64,000 bases of DNA from Azolla caroliniana (Eukaryota; Plantae; Polypodiophyta). Where the stretch lies: NCBI GenBank assembly GCA_043228905.1, contig JBHGNT010000011.1, positions 10,850,001 to 10,914,000 of the forward strand. Reading direction: 5' to 3'. The position numbers and the translations under genes were made by a program. Positions 12,526 through 25,602 of this stretch are shown piece by piece (positions within the stretch are counted from its first letter, which is position 1; the number at the start of each line of letters is the position of its first letter). The notes under the pieces are model-generated. The model saw nothing but the letters and a program-made list of their open reading frames with translations. It was not told the origin of the DNA and did no database searches.

Positions 12526-15500
12526 ATGGACAGAGGTATGGCTACGTCGTTCCCGGTGGAGAAGCTCAACAGAACCAACTACGCATCTTGGTCATACAAA
12601 ATGCACTAGTACCTGCTTGGGCATGGCTACTGGAGTTATGTCGACGGAGTGAACGACTCAGCACCGGAGACGACACACAAGGACTTCCCAGTGTGGGAAC
12701 AGGCGGCAAGCAGGGTGATGTACTGCTTCGCGTCCAGTGTCGGTGACCAGCTGCTCAGCCATATCCGTGACGCCAAGACACCGAAGGATGCTTGGGGAAA
12801 CTTGAAAAAGGTCTTCGCCGCAAGCACCACTGCCCAGAAGCTGCAACTAAGACAAGAGTTGAGCAATGTTCGACAGAAGAACATGTCGGTGGCAGATTAC
12901 ACAGACCGGATCAAAGGGATCTGTAACTCGCTTGCCTCTATTAACGTCACCGTAGAGGAAGACGAGATGGTGCAGGTTTGTCTTGGAGACCTGGCGTCCA
13001 AGTTCGGAGCTTTCCGGACTGCAGTTTGTACAAGGGAGAATATGCCCTCATTTTTCGACTTACAGTCGATGCTCCTTGTAGAGGAGAACCACGCCGGTGC
13101 ATCTACTAGTGCATCCCCAGACAACCGGATGTTGTACACGGGAGTGGATCGGTCCTGCGGGTGTGGTGGACAAGGGAGGTCGGCACGCAATGGAGGCGGC
13201 CGGCAAGAGCAGGAACGAAGGCACAGTGAGCGTGCCGACAGCAGTTCCAGGACTTCCATAAGTAGGGGGAGTCAAGGTGGTGCCGGAGGCCGGCAAGACA
13301 AACCCGCTACGGAATGCTGGTACTGTGGCAAAAAGGGCCACAGGGAAAGCGAGTGCTGGAGAAAGCGTGCCGATTCGGACAAATCCGGATCCGGCAAGAC
13401 CGGTAAGGAAGGCCGGCAAAGCTCGCACTACACATACGGATCGGGAGGATCCAAGAACGGTAAGGGGCCAACCTTGGTGATGAAGCACAAGGCAAACTCA
13501 ATGAAGAAGACCACTTCCAAATTGGAGGAAGTGTGGTACGTTGACTCCGATGCATCGAACCACATGACGAGTCACGGGGAGTGGTTCTCCTTTTGGAGAA
13601 GCCGGATCAACCGGGAGTTGTCGAAACCGGAGACGACACTCCCCACCCGATCGTGCACGTCGGAGAAGTCCCTTTGAGCCACGTCGGACAGAGGGGGAAG
13701 TTGATGAATGTATTACATGTTCCGACGATCACGAAGAACCTAGTGTCAGTCGGACAGATCGTCAACCAGGGGATGTAGGTGCAGTTTACGCACCTCGGGT
13801 GCTTCATTGAGGATGAGGGCGAAGTTATTGCGCAAGGGCACAGAGATGGGAGGATGTTTATTCTCAACACCAATGATGTCGGCACCGCACTGTTCGCCAA
13901 AGGGCATAAGGTCGAGTCGGATATCGACCTGTGGCACAAGCGGATCGGCCACGTCAACTACCGGAGGCTTCAAGACCTGCAAACGGAACAAGTCGTTTTC
14001 GGTTTGCCGAAGTTTAGCGGCCGGAGAGCCCAGATTTGTGAAGCCTGCCAACTCGGGAAGCAACACCGGCTTCCATTCCTCACCGAAAGAAATCGAAGCC
14101 GTAACAAGCTCGATCTTATCCATTCGGATGTGTGGGGACCGGCACAAAATGTCAGCATTGGCGGGAGTCGATATTTCATCTCCTTCATCGACGACTACAC
14201 GCGACATACGTGGATCTACCTCATTGAGCGGAAGAGCGAAGTCTTTGAGTGTTTCCGGAGCCTCTAGAAGATGGTGGAACGGGAATCAGAGAGGAAGATC
14301 AAATGCCTACGGTCGGATAGCGGAAAAGAGTAATTTTCCAGCCAATTCAACAGCTATCTGCAACAAAAAGGAATTCGACGAGAATTCAGCTGCAGATACA
14401 ACCACAACAGAACGGTGTGGCCGAAAGGAAGAATCGGTCGCTGATTGACGCGGCTAGGGCAATGCTGGAGGAAAAGAGCATGCCCAAGTTCTACTAGGCA
14501 GAGGCGGTCCAAACGGCCGTTTACATCCAAAACCAGATCGGGGACAAGGTGTCAGCTCACGAGCTGTATTTCGGGCGCAAGCCGAATTTGAGACACCTCC
14601 GGATATTCGGTAGCATAGCCTATGTACATGTGCCGGATGAGAAGCGGAGAAAGCTGGATGCCAAATCAGAAAAATGCATCCTAGTCGGCTATGCTCAAGA
14701 GCGAAAGGGGTATAAGTGTTATAACCCCCGGACGAAGCAGGTCCGAGTCAACCGAGATGTCGAGTTTGATGAATCGGCATCGTGGTATTCCTTACCGACT
14801 CCGACTTCCGATCCCAACCCGATGTCGGAGGATGGGGCTAGTGAGCCTGAACCGGCCCAGGTAGAGAAAGATGAAGTCGGGACTCAAAATGAGAGTCCGG
14901 AATCATTCCGGTTAAGCGGACTGAATGAGAGACTGGATCAGTCCAACCAGTCGGATGATGAGACGGCGAGTAGTGGAGACTCTGTCGTGCTCTCCCCGCG
15001 CAAGGAACCGAGGAGACGGTTCACATGCAAAGAGAAAGGGAAGCAGAAGATGTCGGAATTTGACACCGGCAATGATGAGTCAGATCGGTGCGTATCTGAC
15101 TTCGGCAAGGACATAGCCAGATCTTCAAGAACGAAGACCGAACCGGCCAAGAAGGGTCTCATACCGGGTAACGGTGAGTTACGTCGGTCCACCCGCCAGA
15201 AGGATCCCGTTAAACGGTACGGGTATAACGAGTACATGGCGCATCATTATACGTACATGACCAAAGTCGCGGAAGTGCGTGAGCCGGAGAGCTACGCAGA
15301 AGTGGCAAAGGACGCAAATTGGCGTGCCGCTATGGAGGATGAAATGAGGGCACTGGATGCCAACGGAACTTGGGACCTGGTTGAACCTCCCCGTCACTAT
15401 AAACCAATCGGATGCAAGTGGGTGTACAAGGTAAAGTACAATGTCGACGGTACAGTTAACCAGTACAAGGCCCGGTTAGTGGCGAAGGGATATGCGCAGA

Positions 15501-15775
15501 CCCACAGAATCGACTACAACGGGACCTTCGCTCCTATAACAAAGATGACGACGGTTCGTGTGGTACTGGCGGTTGCTGCGGCAAGGGGGTGGCATCTTCA
15601 TTAGATGGATGTGAAGAATGCCTTCCTTCAAGGAGATCTTGAAGAAGAAGTCTTTATGACTCAGCCCCCCGGATTTCAGTCGGAGATGAACAAGTCGGCG
15701 GTATGCCGGCTGAGGAAGTCGTTGTACGGCTTGAAGCAAGCCCCCCGTGCTTGGAATGTTAAGATCACGCACCGG
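12526..15775 (+). pseudogene. Copia E gag-pol, N-terminal part (gag, PR, IN, RT start)
   Basis: ORFs 12649-13677, 13779-14267, 14549-15604 and 15605-15829 carry Copia motifs, with several TAG stops; cut at ...KITHR by G1. Confidence 0.9.
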
Positions 15776-15840
15776 TGTCGCGTTGTTACGCGCGTACGTG
15801 TAGAAGGGGCGGGACCACGGGGGTCTTGAACCGAGCAGCG

Positions 15841-15880
<40 letters not shown>

Positions 15881-16503
15881 GTAGATACGCGAAGCGAGAA
15901 GGAGAGATATAGAACGTGCCACTCGATTTCAATAACAAGAGTTTACAACGACAAGAGAATACAATAACAAGAGAATACAAGGGAATATGACTCTGATGGT
16001 TACAACCGGCAAGGCGGCGATGGACCCGACACGGGGATCCTACTCACACACACAAACATCACTCGCTCGACTCCCAAAAACAAAACAAAAAAAAAGGGGG
16101 GAGAGCCTCTGCTGGAAGCACACGAGTTGTCCACGAAGCAGAGGCAACGAGCTTCCAACCCAACAAGACCGATGGTTGGAGGAGAAGAGAGAGCTTGGCA
16201 CCCAGATTTGCAGCAGCACTTCGTCCTCCGTAACGCGCTATCCTGTTCCTTCCTACTCTCTCTCCTTAAATAGTTCCCCAAAAGGGGGTGCCCCCTTTTC
16301 CTTAGCCAAACTGCTTTATTCCATGTCGTTGTCGACAGAGATACGTACAAAATCCCCTAATAAATGTGCATTACCTAGTATTTACACCAGTCGCCTTAAT
16401 TACGAATTATGTACAATATTTCAATCCTCGCGTCCACCCGTGTAAGAGCCGGTTCATGCACCTTTTTCTTCGATTCCGCCTATGGCCGGTTTTCTTCACA
16501 ACA
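15776..16503 (-). repeat. 3' LTR of G1 (contains an (AG)n microsatellite at ~15841-15877)
   Basis: Direct repeat of 22790-23516. Confidence 0.95.
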
Positions 16504-19500
16504 TCCACCCCCACTAAACCGCGCATCCACCGGCATGCGATAGAGACAGGTAGACACCGAAGAAAACCGGCTTCACTCATCGTTCTCCGATTCTCTGTCG
16601 GACCCGAACTGATCGTCATCGTTACTCTTGCTCGCCGACTCCGACTTGTCTTCGAACCACTTCTTGAACTCTTTGATCTGCTTCCCGGCCACCGGCACCG
16701 CTAACCATGTACCGTCGAGTTCCGCAAGGTGGTACGTGCCGTTGTCATTCGCGCTCATCACTGTGTAGGGCCCGAACCATCTCCTAGCAAACTTTCGCAC
16801 CGCCTTGTGCTGATTGTCGAGGTTGTTGTCGTATACCAAGACCCAATCGCCTTCGTCGATCTTCTTTGGTCGCAACCGGTGCGTCCGGTTGAACCGAGTC
16901 TTGTTCCGCTCCAGCCTCCGCTCGAGTTGCCGAATCCGCGCCGCCAGCAACTCCTCCCGGCTCATTTCGTCCTTCCAATCTACCGCCGCCCATTAAGAAA
17001 CCGTCTGTTCCACCGGCATGATCGGCTTCTGTCCATACATCAGCTCTGCCGGCATAAACCCTGTCACCGAACTGTGCGTACTTCGGTCTGCCCACAGTGC
17101 GTAAGGAAGGATTCGCAACCAATTCCCGACCTGCCCTCCGCATGCACGCACCAACGTCTTTATGATCGGCCCGTGCCCACGTTCCACCTTTCCGTTCGCC
17201 TCCGGATTGTACGCCGTAGTGAGGGAGAGTTTGACGCCTAGCCGGTCGAACAGCTCCTCAGCCTCCCGTGCATCCAGCTCTCCCCGGTCCGCCACGATCT
17301 TCCCGACGCACCCGTACCGACACACCACCTCTTCGATCAGGAACCGGCATACCGCCGCGGTTGTCTTGTTCTGCAGTGCACGGCCTTCCACCTAGTTCGT
17401 TAAGTCTTCCCGTGCAAGCACCAGGTATCGCATCTGCCCTACTCCCATCGGCATCGTCACCAAGTCCACCATCCACTTGAAATGGACCGTAGGCGGGTAG
17501 GTCAGGTGTAACTCGTCCCGGTGTCAGACTATGGAGTGCATCTGACAACTTTCGCAAGTCGTTACGAATCGATGCACGTCCTGGTACAGCCATGGACACC
17601 GATACTTCTCCTTCAGCTTCTCGAACGTGGCCCACGTTCCGCAGTGCCCGGCCTAGGGGCTCTCGTGAAATGCCGCCAGTAGTTCCTCCTGTTCTTCTTT
17701 CTTTGTCACCACCCGGAGCGGGATGCCGTTTCTCTTCTTTGGGTGCCTCCATCTGCACTTGTCCCGCAGGAAGAATCAGTACGCCTTCTTCCGTACCCGG
17801 CTCACCTCTTCTCTCATCCATGCTGCATCCGGCGTCATCATCCGTAGGAACCTCCCGATTTGGAGCCACTCCCTGTCGTACCTACTTTCGTCAAATTCGT
17901 TAAGGGCCGGAGTGTCCCTTTCCCTCGTCGCTACGTTAGTCGTCCCGAAGAAGTCCTCGCCGACTTCTTCGTCATCCGAAACCATGCCGTCTTCGTCGTT
18001 GAACCTTGCTCTCGAAAGCATGTCGGCCATGGCGTTATCTTTTCCAGAGATGTGTCGTATCTCCAGGTTCAGGGACTTAATGTACGCTATCCACCGGAGC
18101 ATTGCTAGGTCCGCCGTTGCGCATCCGGAAACCATGCCGAGTATCGGCAAGCAATCCGTCTCGATGATCACCTCCGTTCCGATCAGATAGTCCTTCTCGG
18201 CCTTGACTGCCGAAATGACACCCCAAAGCTCGCGCTTAACTTGGGCGTATCTCGTTGTCGCTCGCTCAATACCTTCGCCTCGAACCGGATTGGGAATCGT
18301 ACGCCGTCCTTGTCCTCCTGACTGATTACCCACCCGATCCCGGTCGGGCTAGTGTCTACGGTTACGTAAATCGGAGTGTCTCTGTCGTAGACAGCTTTTC
18401 GGAGCGCCGGTGCCATGGCAAGTGCTTCCTTCATCTTTCAGACTGACTCCGTATGCTCGTCTCCCCATTCGAATTTACGCCCTTTCTTCAACAACCCATA
18501 TAGCAGCTCCGCGACGTGGGCGTAATGCGGGATCTGGATATGGTAGAACGCGCATGCTCCCAGGAATCTCCGAATCTCCGTAACCGAATTGCAGTCATGC
18601 TTCATCGCGGAGATGGCTTCCACTTTGGCTGGAGACGGTTTCCTACCGTATGGCCCGCATAGGTGTCCGACGACCATGATCTTTGATTGCCCGAAGGCCG
18701 ATTTTTTCCCGGACAAGGTGAGCCTCGCGCCTTCTAGTCTCTGTAGCACCTTCTCGCAATCATCGATGTGAGTCGCCACGAAATTCCGGCATCCGTCCGG
18801 TTCGATTGTCTCGTTCCTTTCCTCCACTGGGCATCCCTTGATCGGGATGTTGTCTAAGAATGGCATGGTGATGTTCGGGATACAATCCCTTAGCAATTTG
18901 TTCATCACGTTCACCATGTGAGCCACCGAGTTCGTCCCTCCTTGCGGTAGGGTACACATCCGCACTAGGCCGAGAGGAGTCCGCATCGTCGTAATGTCCC
19001 TGCTCTCCACGGCTAGTTGAAACTGATCGTACCCCAAGTACAGATCACCGACAGAGTAAATCGACCTTCTGGCGAAGGCCTCCGCGAACTCATCTATGGT
19101 CGGTCTGATTCCTGCATTCCGAATGATCACCTTGTTGACCGGCTATAGGTCTTGAATAAAGTGCAGTGTGCCGTTCTTCTTTGGCACCGTAAACCACTGA
19201 TTCGAATACGGGGCACTCGACGGTTCGAGGATGCCCATCTCCACCTTTTGCTTCAGGAGCTCCATCAACTTCGGGATGTGAGCTCTCGGCACCGGAATCG
19301 GCTTGAGATTCCACGGTACATGCGGTACCGTGAAGATCACCATCGGTTCGACAACTGACAAGTCTACACACCCGATCTCCCCTGGTGAGAATGCGAAAGC
19401 CTTCCCGTGCCTCCCGAGCATTCTCCGAAACTGGTCCTCCTCCGTCGGCAGTAGAAATCCGCCCCCACCGACCTTGAGCTCCCGTAGCGTTATGTTGGTG

Positions 19501-19957
19501 AACCGGTGCCCTATGTCAGCCGGATTCCGTAAACTGGGTCCGATGCGACCCCCTTTATCCGCTCCTCGCTGCCCTCCGGCAAGGGTGCCGCGACTGGCCT
19601 CACCTTCCGGTCCACAGTCTTGTACTTTGTATCCACGCGGGCCATCCGATCCAACTCGATCCTTTCCCCGAAGTCCGCAATGACTTCAAACATTCCCATT
19701 GACCCTACTGGAACGGTCCGGTCTTCTCTAAGGTCTTCACCGATCACCTTTCGCAGTTCGCCCAAGGTGTCGTCAAAAGAGACCGCCTCCACGGCGCCAC
19801 TGATGTCTTCGTCGGGGAAGAGGAATCTGCATCCCCTGAGCCGCTCCTCCGCTCGCTTCCTCTCCCGGCCGCTGACGCCAGTTATAGTACAACCTCCGTT
19901 GTCGGAGAACCAAAATTTCCTACCTATGGTACAAGTCTTCTTCCGTACTGTACATTT

Positions 19958-20023
19958 GTGGGGTTCTTCCCGGGTGTCCGGACTATCGCGGCCCCACGCC
20001 TTGATAGCCCTCTCTAAAAATCC
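19958..20023 (-). promoter_or_regulatory. Putative -1 ribosomal frameshift signal (GGAUUUU + pseudoknot) of G1
   Basis: GGATTTT-TAG-AGA-GGGCTATC-AAGGC-GTGGGG-CCGC-GATAGTCC-N16-CCCCAC; the pol ORF is in the -1 frame. Confidence 0.75.
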
Positions 20024-21319
20024 CCTCGGGTTTCACCGCCGAGGGTCTCGCAGTTACGCTCGTGGTTTGGTCGCACCGTTAGGAACTGGACCGAGTGACG
20101 CTCGTCCTGGCTCTTGACTCTTGCATAGGCTGAATCGTTATCCAGCACCTTGGTCTCCATCCATGCCGTCGTGATATATGGCTCTCCTAGTATAACCGGA
20201 TGCGAGGACGTCTCCAGCATGAAGAAGTGTTGGTCGATCTCGACATCGCTGATTTTCACCTGTACGTTCGGACAGGCCCCATGTAGTTCTTCCGTGGCGC
20301 GCGTCGCTGCCCGTATCTTCCAGCCGTGCTTGGTGTTGATCGGCCATTTACCCTTCTTGTAGAAATCCATGGACATCAGGTTGATTTCGGATCCATGGTC
20401 TACCAACGCCACCACCAGTTCCAGAACGTTGCCGATCCATACAGGGGTTTCCGTAGTTGCCCTGGCCCAATGCGGCTTCGTGTAGTGGCTTCCCACTAGC
20501 TCTTCTTCCAAGGCTTCGTCTTCAAGGTGCGTGGTCCGCACCTCCACCGGCTTCTCCGGTTCCGGCTCCATCGAGAGCCTCTTCCACTTCACCAAGTCTA
20601 TGATACAGTCGTGGAACTCCCTCTTGGCGATTCCCAGCACCTCCCGCAATGACAGCTCCACTTTGCTGTCGAGGATACGTTCCTCCAGGACCTTTCGCAG
20701 GTCTGTGGTCCTTTCGATCTCGGTGCTCAACCGAAACCCCGCCTGCTTCTTTCCGTCCGGCGCGCCCGGGTTGCCGGCACCGGTCGATTTCGGTCCGAAC
20801 CGGGTCTCATACCTCTGCGGGGGCCCGACCCCTCTGGCCTTTCCTGCCCGTTTGTCCTCCACCAGAACCTCGTAGTTCTGCCAAGCGGCTTCTACGAAGC
20901 CCATTTGCTCTTCGATCGGATCGTCCCAACCGGTGACCTCCTGGACCCGATGTTCCGCGCGGTCCACCTCTTCCTTCTTCAGCCGAACTCCAGAGAGGCC
21001 TTCTAGCACTAGCGGCCAGAATCCGAAGTCCTTCGCCTTCCGGGTCTCATCACCCCCTACCCGAATTCCCACCAACACCAAGTAGTTGACGACTTCGACG
21101 TGCTGTGCCGCGGCCTCTTCCATCAACCTCTTCATTCCGTCGCGCCCCGTATTCAGTTCTAGGGCTCTCCGGGTCTCGCTCACGTGCACCCGCCCGTTCC
21201 AGAGGTACACCACGTTGTTCCCGAGCGCGTCGGCGAAATCCGCGCAATCCTTCCGAATCTGACCGATCGTGTCACACCACATGCACCGCTGCCCAGCCGG
21301 CGGCCTCCAGTCGCGAGGT

Positions 21320-21982
21320 TGTTCACCGGCTACGGAGAGTCGGATGGTGCAGACCAGGTATGAACCGGATGAGGAGTACCCGGCTACGGAGAGCCGGATG
21401 GTGCAGACCCGGTATGAACCGGATGAGGAGTACCCGACTACGGAGAGCCGGATGGTGCAGACCCGGTACGAACTGGATGAGGAGTCCCGGCTACGGAGAG
21501 CCGGATGGTGCAGACCCGGTATGAACCAGAGGAAGAGACATATTCGTAAATATGTTTCTGAGAGCCCATCATGGCTATATTTGTAAATAGCCGAAAAGTC
21601 ATATTAGTATAAATATGACTTAGGGCAAACTAACTGTTGTTGTTTTTTTTGTTGGTGCAAGAAGAAGAGAGAGCACGTAACGTTGTACAGAGAGAGAGAG
21701 AGAGAAAGAGGTCGTTGCCTCTGTTGTAACCGCCGCCTGTGGCGAAGATCGTGAGTCCGAGGTCGTTGCCTCCGTGAACTCACTGTTTTGTACATTCATA
21801 CATAGTGACAGTTTGCAGCCTGTGGGCTACCGTGGTTTTTACCCTAGTTTGGGGTTTTCCACGTTAACCTCCTGTGTATCTTCCTCTCCTTTGTGTCGTG
21901 TTTTCGTTTCCTGTTTTCTGTGTATGAAAAGAATCTCGGTTGTGGCCGAGCTTTGTGCATAAGGAGCGTTGAGTTCCCGTCA
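21320..21982 (+). repeat. Solo LTR of the minisatellite-bearing Copia family (relative of 59351-60357), inside G1 gag
   Basis: TGTT...CGTCA termini; ~4 copies of a 51-bp unit (ccggctacggagagccggatggtgcagacccggtatgaaccggatgaggagta); downstream part closely similar to ~59910-60357. Confidence 0.85.
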
Positions 21983-22789
21983 AGCCGCCCTTCCGGATGG
22001 GCCTCTGACCACGTCGTTCAATGCCGACCCCGACTCTGGCTAGATTCGGGTCTCTTCCTTCCTACCGGCCGGCACCAATACCGACTCCTCGAGCCTCCTC
22101 CCCGGGACCGGCCCCGGCCCCGACGAGCTTCCGTCGCTCCAATCGCGCCGTTTGTCGAAACGGCTGCAGACCCGTTTTACCACGACACAGTCTGTCGTGA
22201 GCCCTTCGTCCGTTTCCAATAGGGGACCCACCTTTTCCTTGTAGAGCGCATCCACCGACTTGACAAACAGTAGTACTCGACTAGTTTCGAGCACCGTCCG
22301 GTCCAGCGTTGACAGCCACGCGAACCGTTTTTCGAACTCCTGGAGGAGCACCGACGTGTTCCTCCCCTTTTCGGGGCTTTCCACCCACGCCATGAAGTCC
22401 CGCCTCGACAGCCGAAGCGAGTCATCAAACCCGTACTTCTCGAGGAGCTACAACTCGAACTCCTCCCAAGTCTGGCATCCGGCCTGCACCTCGAGCACCT
22501 CCGCGTGGATGCCCGGCGTCACCACCCGAGGGAATCCGAACAGCCGCCTGTCCACCGATATATCCCTCATGATCATTTCGGCCCGGTAAGCCTCCAAATA
22601 ACTTGTGGCATCTTTCCCTCTGAAACGGCCTATAGAGCTGACAATCGATTCAATGGCTCTGTCGAGGGTACCCGTCCCCTCACGAGCGCTCACCAGCCGG
22701 TCGACGGCCACCACCATTTCCTTTGCTAGCTCCGATCCCCTCATCTTTCGACTCTTTTGCCGCCCCGTTCACGTCGGGTTCACCAAATA

Positions 22790-22850
22790 TGTCGCGTTGT
22801 TATGCGCGTGTGTGTAGAAGGGGCGGGACCACGGAGGTCTTGAACCGAGG

Positions 22851-22892
<42 letters not shown>

Positions 22893-23516
22893 GTAGATAC
22901 GCGAAGCGAGAAGGAGAGATATAGAACGTGCCACTCGATTTCAATAACAAGATTTTACAACGACAAGACAATACAATAACAAGAGAATACAAGGGAATAC
23001 GACTTTGACGGTTACAACCGGCAAGGCGGCGATGGACCCGACACGGGGATCCTACTCACACACACAGACAACACTCGCTCGACTCCCAGAAACAAAACAA
23101 AAAAAAGGGGGGAGAGCCTCTGCTGGAAGCACACGGGGGCTGTCCACGAAGCAGAGGCAGCGAGCTTCCGACCCACAAAGACCAACGGCCGGAGGAGAAG
23201 AGAGAGCTTGGCACCCAGATCTGCAGCAGCACTTCGTCCTCCGTAGCGCGCTATCTTGTTCCTTCCTCCTCTCTCTCCTTAAATAGTTCCCCAAAAGGGG
23301 GTGCCCCCTTTTTCTTAGCCAAACTGCTTTATTCCATGTCCCTGTTGACAGAGATACGCACAAAATCCCCTAATAAATGTGCATTACCTAGTATTTACAC
23401 CAGTTGCCTTAATTACGAATTATGTACAATATTTCAATCATCGCGTCCACCCGTCTAAGAGCCGGTTCATGCGCCTTTTTCTTCGATTCCACCTATGGCC
23501 GATTTTCTTCACGACA
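22790..23516 (-). repeat. 5' LTR of G1
   Basis: Adjacent to the Trp PBS; matches 15776-16503. Confidence 0.95.
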
Positions 23517-24948
23517 CCGGTTGCGAAAGATGGGGTTTGTTGCCTCTAAGTCAGACTCTTCCATGTTCATCCGTCAAGGCTCAAACGGTCCGGTGTGTAT
23601 CTTACTCTATGTTGATGACTTAGTCATCACCGGCCCAGGTCTTCCGAAAATCAACCGCGTCAAGTCCCAGTTGTCAGACGCATTCGATATGAAGGACTTG
23701 GGGGACCTTCATTATTTTTTGGGGATCAAGGTGATCCGCACCCCCGACGGCATATTGCTTTCTCAACACCATTATGTGTTGAATATGTTGTATAAGTTCG
23801 GCATGACAGAATGATGACCTATCTCCACACCCCTAGACCGGAATCAGAAGATCCGCCCCAACTCCGGACCAACCTGCGATGAGAAACGGTTCCGACAAAT
23901 AGTTGGAAGCCTGATCTACTTGACCATCACCCGACCCGACATTAGCTATCCGGTCGGAGTGGTAAGCCAATTCATGCAGAAGCCGACCGTGGAGCACCTT
24001 CAGTGCGCGCAACGAATATTGAGGCATGTAAGGGGCACTAAGGACCGGGGGCTCTTATACCGGCAAGGTATAACCGAAGAGCTTGTCGGCTACACAGATG
24101 CCGATTGGGTTCGCGACGCAACGGATCATCGCTCAACTTCCGGCTTTATGTTTTCTCTTGGGAGTGCGGCTGTTGCGTGGAGCAACAAAAAGCAGCCAAC
24201 AGTGGCTCTATCCAGCATTGAGGCTGAATACCGGGGCGCAACCATTGCCACCTACGAAGCCATTTGGCTTCGGCGGCTACTACAAGACCTGCGGATCGAG
24301 GTACCGACCCCGATCCTGATCTACTGCGATAACCTCAGCAGCATGCAACTCGCCAAGAACCATGTGTTCCATGCTCGCACAAAGCACATAGAAGTGCATT
24401 ATCACTTCGTGCGTGAGCTGGTTTTGAGCGGTGAAGTTGAACTACGGTATGTTCACACGGATCGGCAAGTTGCCGACATCTTCACCAAGCCGCTCGGGTC
24501 GGACAAGTTGCAGCACTTTGCCGAAATGCTTGGTGTTCAGCATCTCGACGTGTCGCACTTGAGGGGGAGACACAAGGGCAAAGACACTACCAAAACGGGC
24601 AAAGGCAAAAAAACTGTTGAACCCATAGGTAAGAAAAGATCCAGTAGAGCTGGAGACAAGAAGAAAAATGAAGCCAAGTCGACGAAGGAAGTCGGTACAT
24701 CCGAACAAGTCGGTGAACCGGCTGAAGAAGCCAAGGGAAGCACGAAGAAAGCCAAGACCCGGACGTGGTCCAATGTGGTGAGAGGCCTGAAGCCGAAAAT
24801 CGAATCGGAGGATACCGATTCGGACAAGAGCTGGAACGAGTCGGAGACAGCCGATTCGGATCAACAAACGGATCCGGATGAGTCGGATCAACGAGAGGCC
24901 AAGGAGACACGGACGCAGCGGAAGTCGATGCCATCGCAGTGGAACTGA
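23517..24948 (+). pseudogene. Copia E RT C-terminus and RNase H with a long charged tail
   Basis: LYVDDL, MKDLGDLHYFLG, TRPDI, YTDAD, KHIEVHYHFVRE, ADIFTKPL, then ~130 aa K/E/S/D-rich extension. Confidence 0.9.
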
Positions 24949-25176
24949 CGGATCGGCAAGCGCCGGAGTCATAGCAACGAAGGAGCTGAGATGGGCCTAT
25001 TGAGCAAACATGCCGAAGGTCGAGACGCACAGAACCAAAGGGGTCGCGGCAAACGGGACCAGATCGGACAAGGAGCGCGAGCAAGGCGAAGCGACGCCGG
25101 GAGAAGTCGGTTGGAAGAACCGGCTGTCACAAAGGTTGACACTACGACCCTACCTCAGGTTGAGCTTGAGGGGGAG

Positions 25177-25597
25177 TGTTGAACGGCAAGCTCAACCGGA
25201 CCCGGATCGGCTGAATAAGCCTGAGCCGGTAAGCGAGATGAATCGGTATGCCGTTGAGCAACCGAGCCGGTAAGTAGTAAGGACCGGTGAGCTGGGGAGC
25301 CGGTATGCCGGATCTAATCCGTAACTGGAAGCCTAGTATAGGTTAGACTACTAGGCAGTTATAGTCTCGTAGTTAGTGTCAGACGCTCGTGTTAGCATTG
25401 AAGTACACCGTACTTCTAACAGTCCCGTGTGGACTTGTATAAATAGCGTTGATGAGCGCGTTGTAGATACAAAGCATAGAGTATTCATATAATCTCGAAA
25501 AAATAGTGTGTTTTGCTCTCTCACTCTCTGTCTCTCCCGCGTACTCTCTCTCTCTCTGTATTGTTCTTTCTAACGCTTCTGCAAGCTATCTTTCACA
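25177..25597 (+). repeat. 3' LTR of Copia E
   Basis: Follows the PPT; followed by TSD CCTTG. Confidence 0.95.
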
Positions 25598-25602
25598 CCT
25601 TG

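Larger units (their letters stand above)
15776..23516 (-). mobile_element. Non-chromovirus Ty3/Gypsy element G1 (tRNA-Trp primed; Phygy/Selgy-like by inference)
   Basis: LTRs 15776-16503 and 22790-23516 (~94-95% identical), 4-bp TSD CCGG, PBS TGGTGAACCCGACGTG 22770-22785, PPT TGGGGGTGGA 16504-16513; gag-PR (DHGSEINLM), RT (LPQGGTNS, FLDNIPIKGC), RH and IN (TTAYNPEANGKVER, WFGPY). Confidence 0.95.
12008..25597 (+). mobile_element. Full-length Ty1/Copia element E (same family as A), containing Gypsy G1
   Basis: LTRs 12008-12430 and 25177-25597 (~96% identical by eye), 5-bp TSD CCTTG (12003-12007, 25598-25602), PBS TGGTATCAAAGC 12431-12442, PPT GAGGGGGAG before 25177, gag-PR-IN-RT-RH fragments. 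Confidence 0.97.

Noticed and set aside
15826-15836. B-box-like GGTTCAAGACC in the G1 LTRs
   Set aside because: There is no A box at tRNA spacing (a microsatellite lies upstream) and it is in sense orientation, so it was not counted as a Pol III module.
22770-22785. tRNA-Trp 3'-end match (also 34139-34154 and 53335-53350)
   Set aside because: These are 16-nt primer-binding sites, not tRNA genes.
15776-23516. Nested G1 LTRs look more diverged (~5-6%) than the host Copia E LTRs (~4%)
   Set aside because: The counts are manual on short sequences with different CpG content; the difference is within noise and does not overturn the nesting order.
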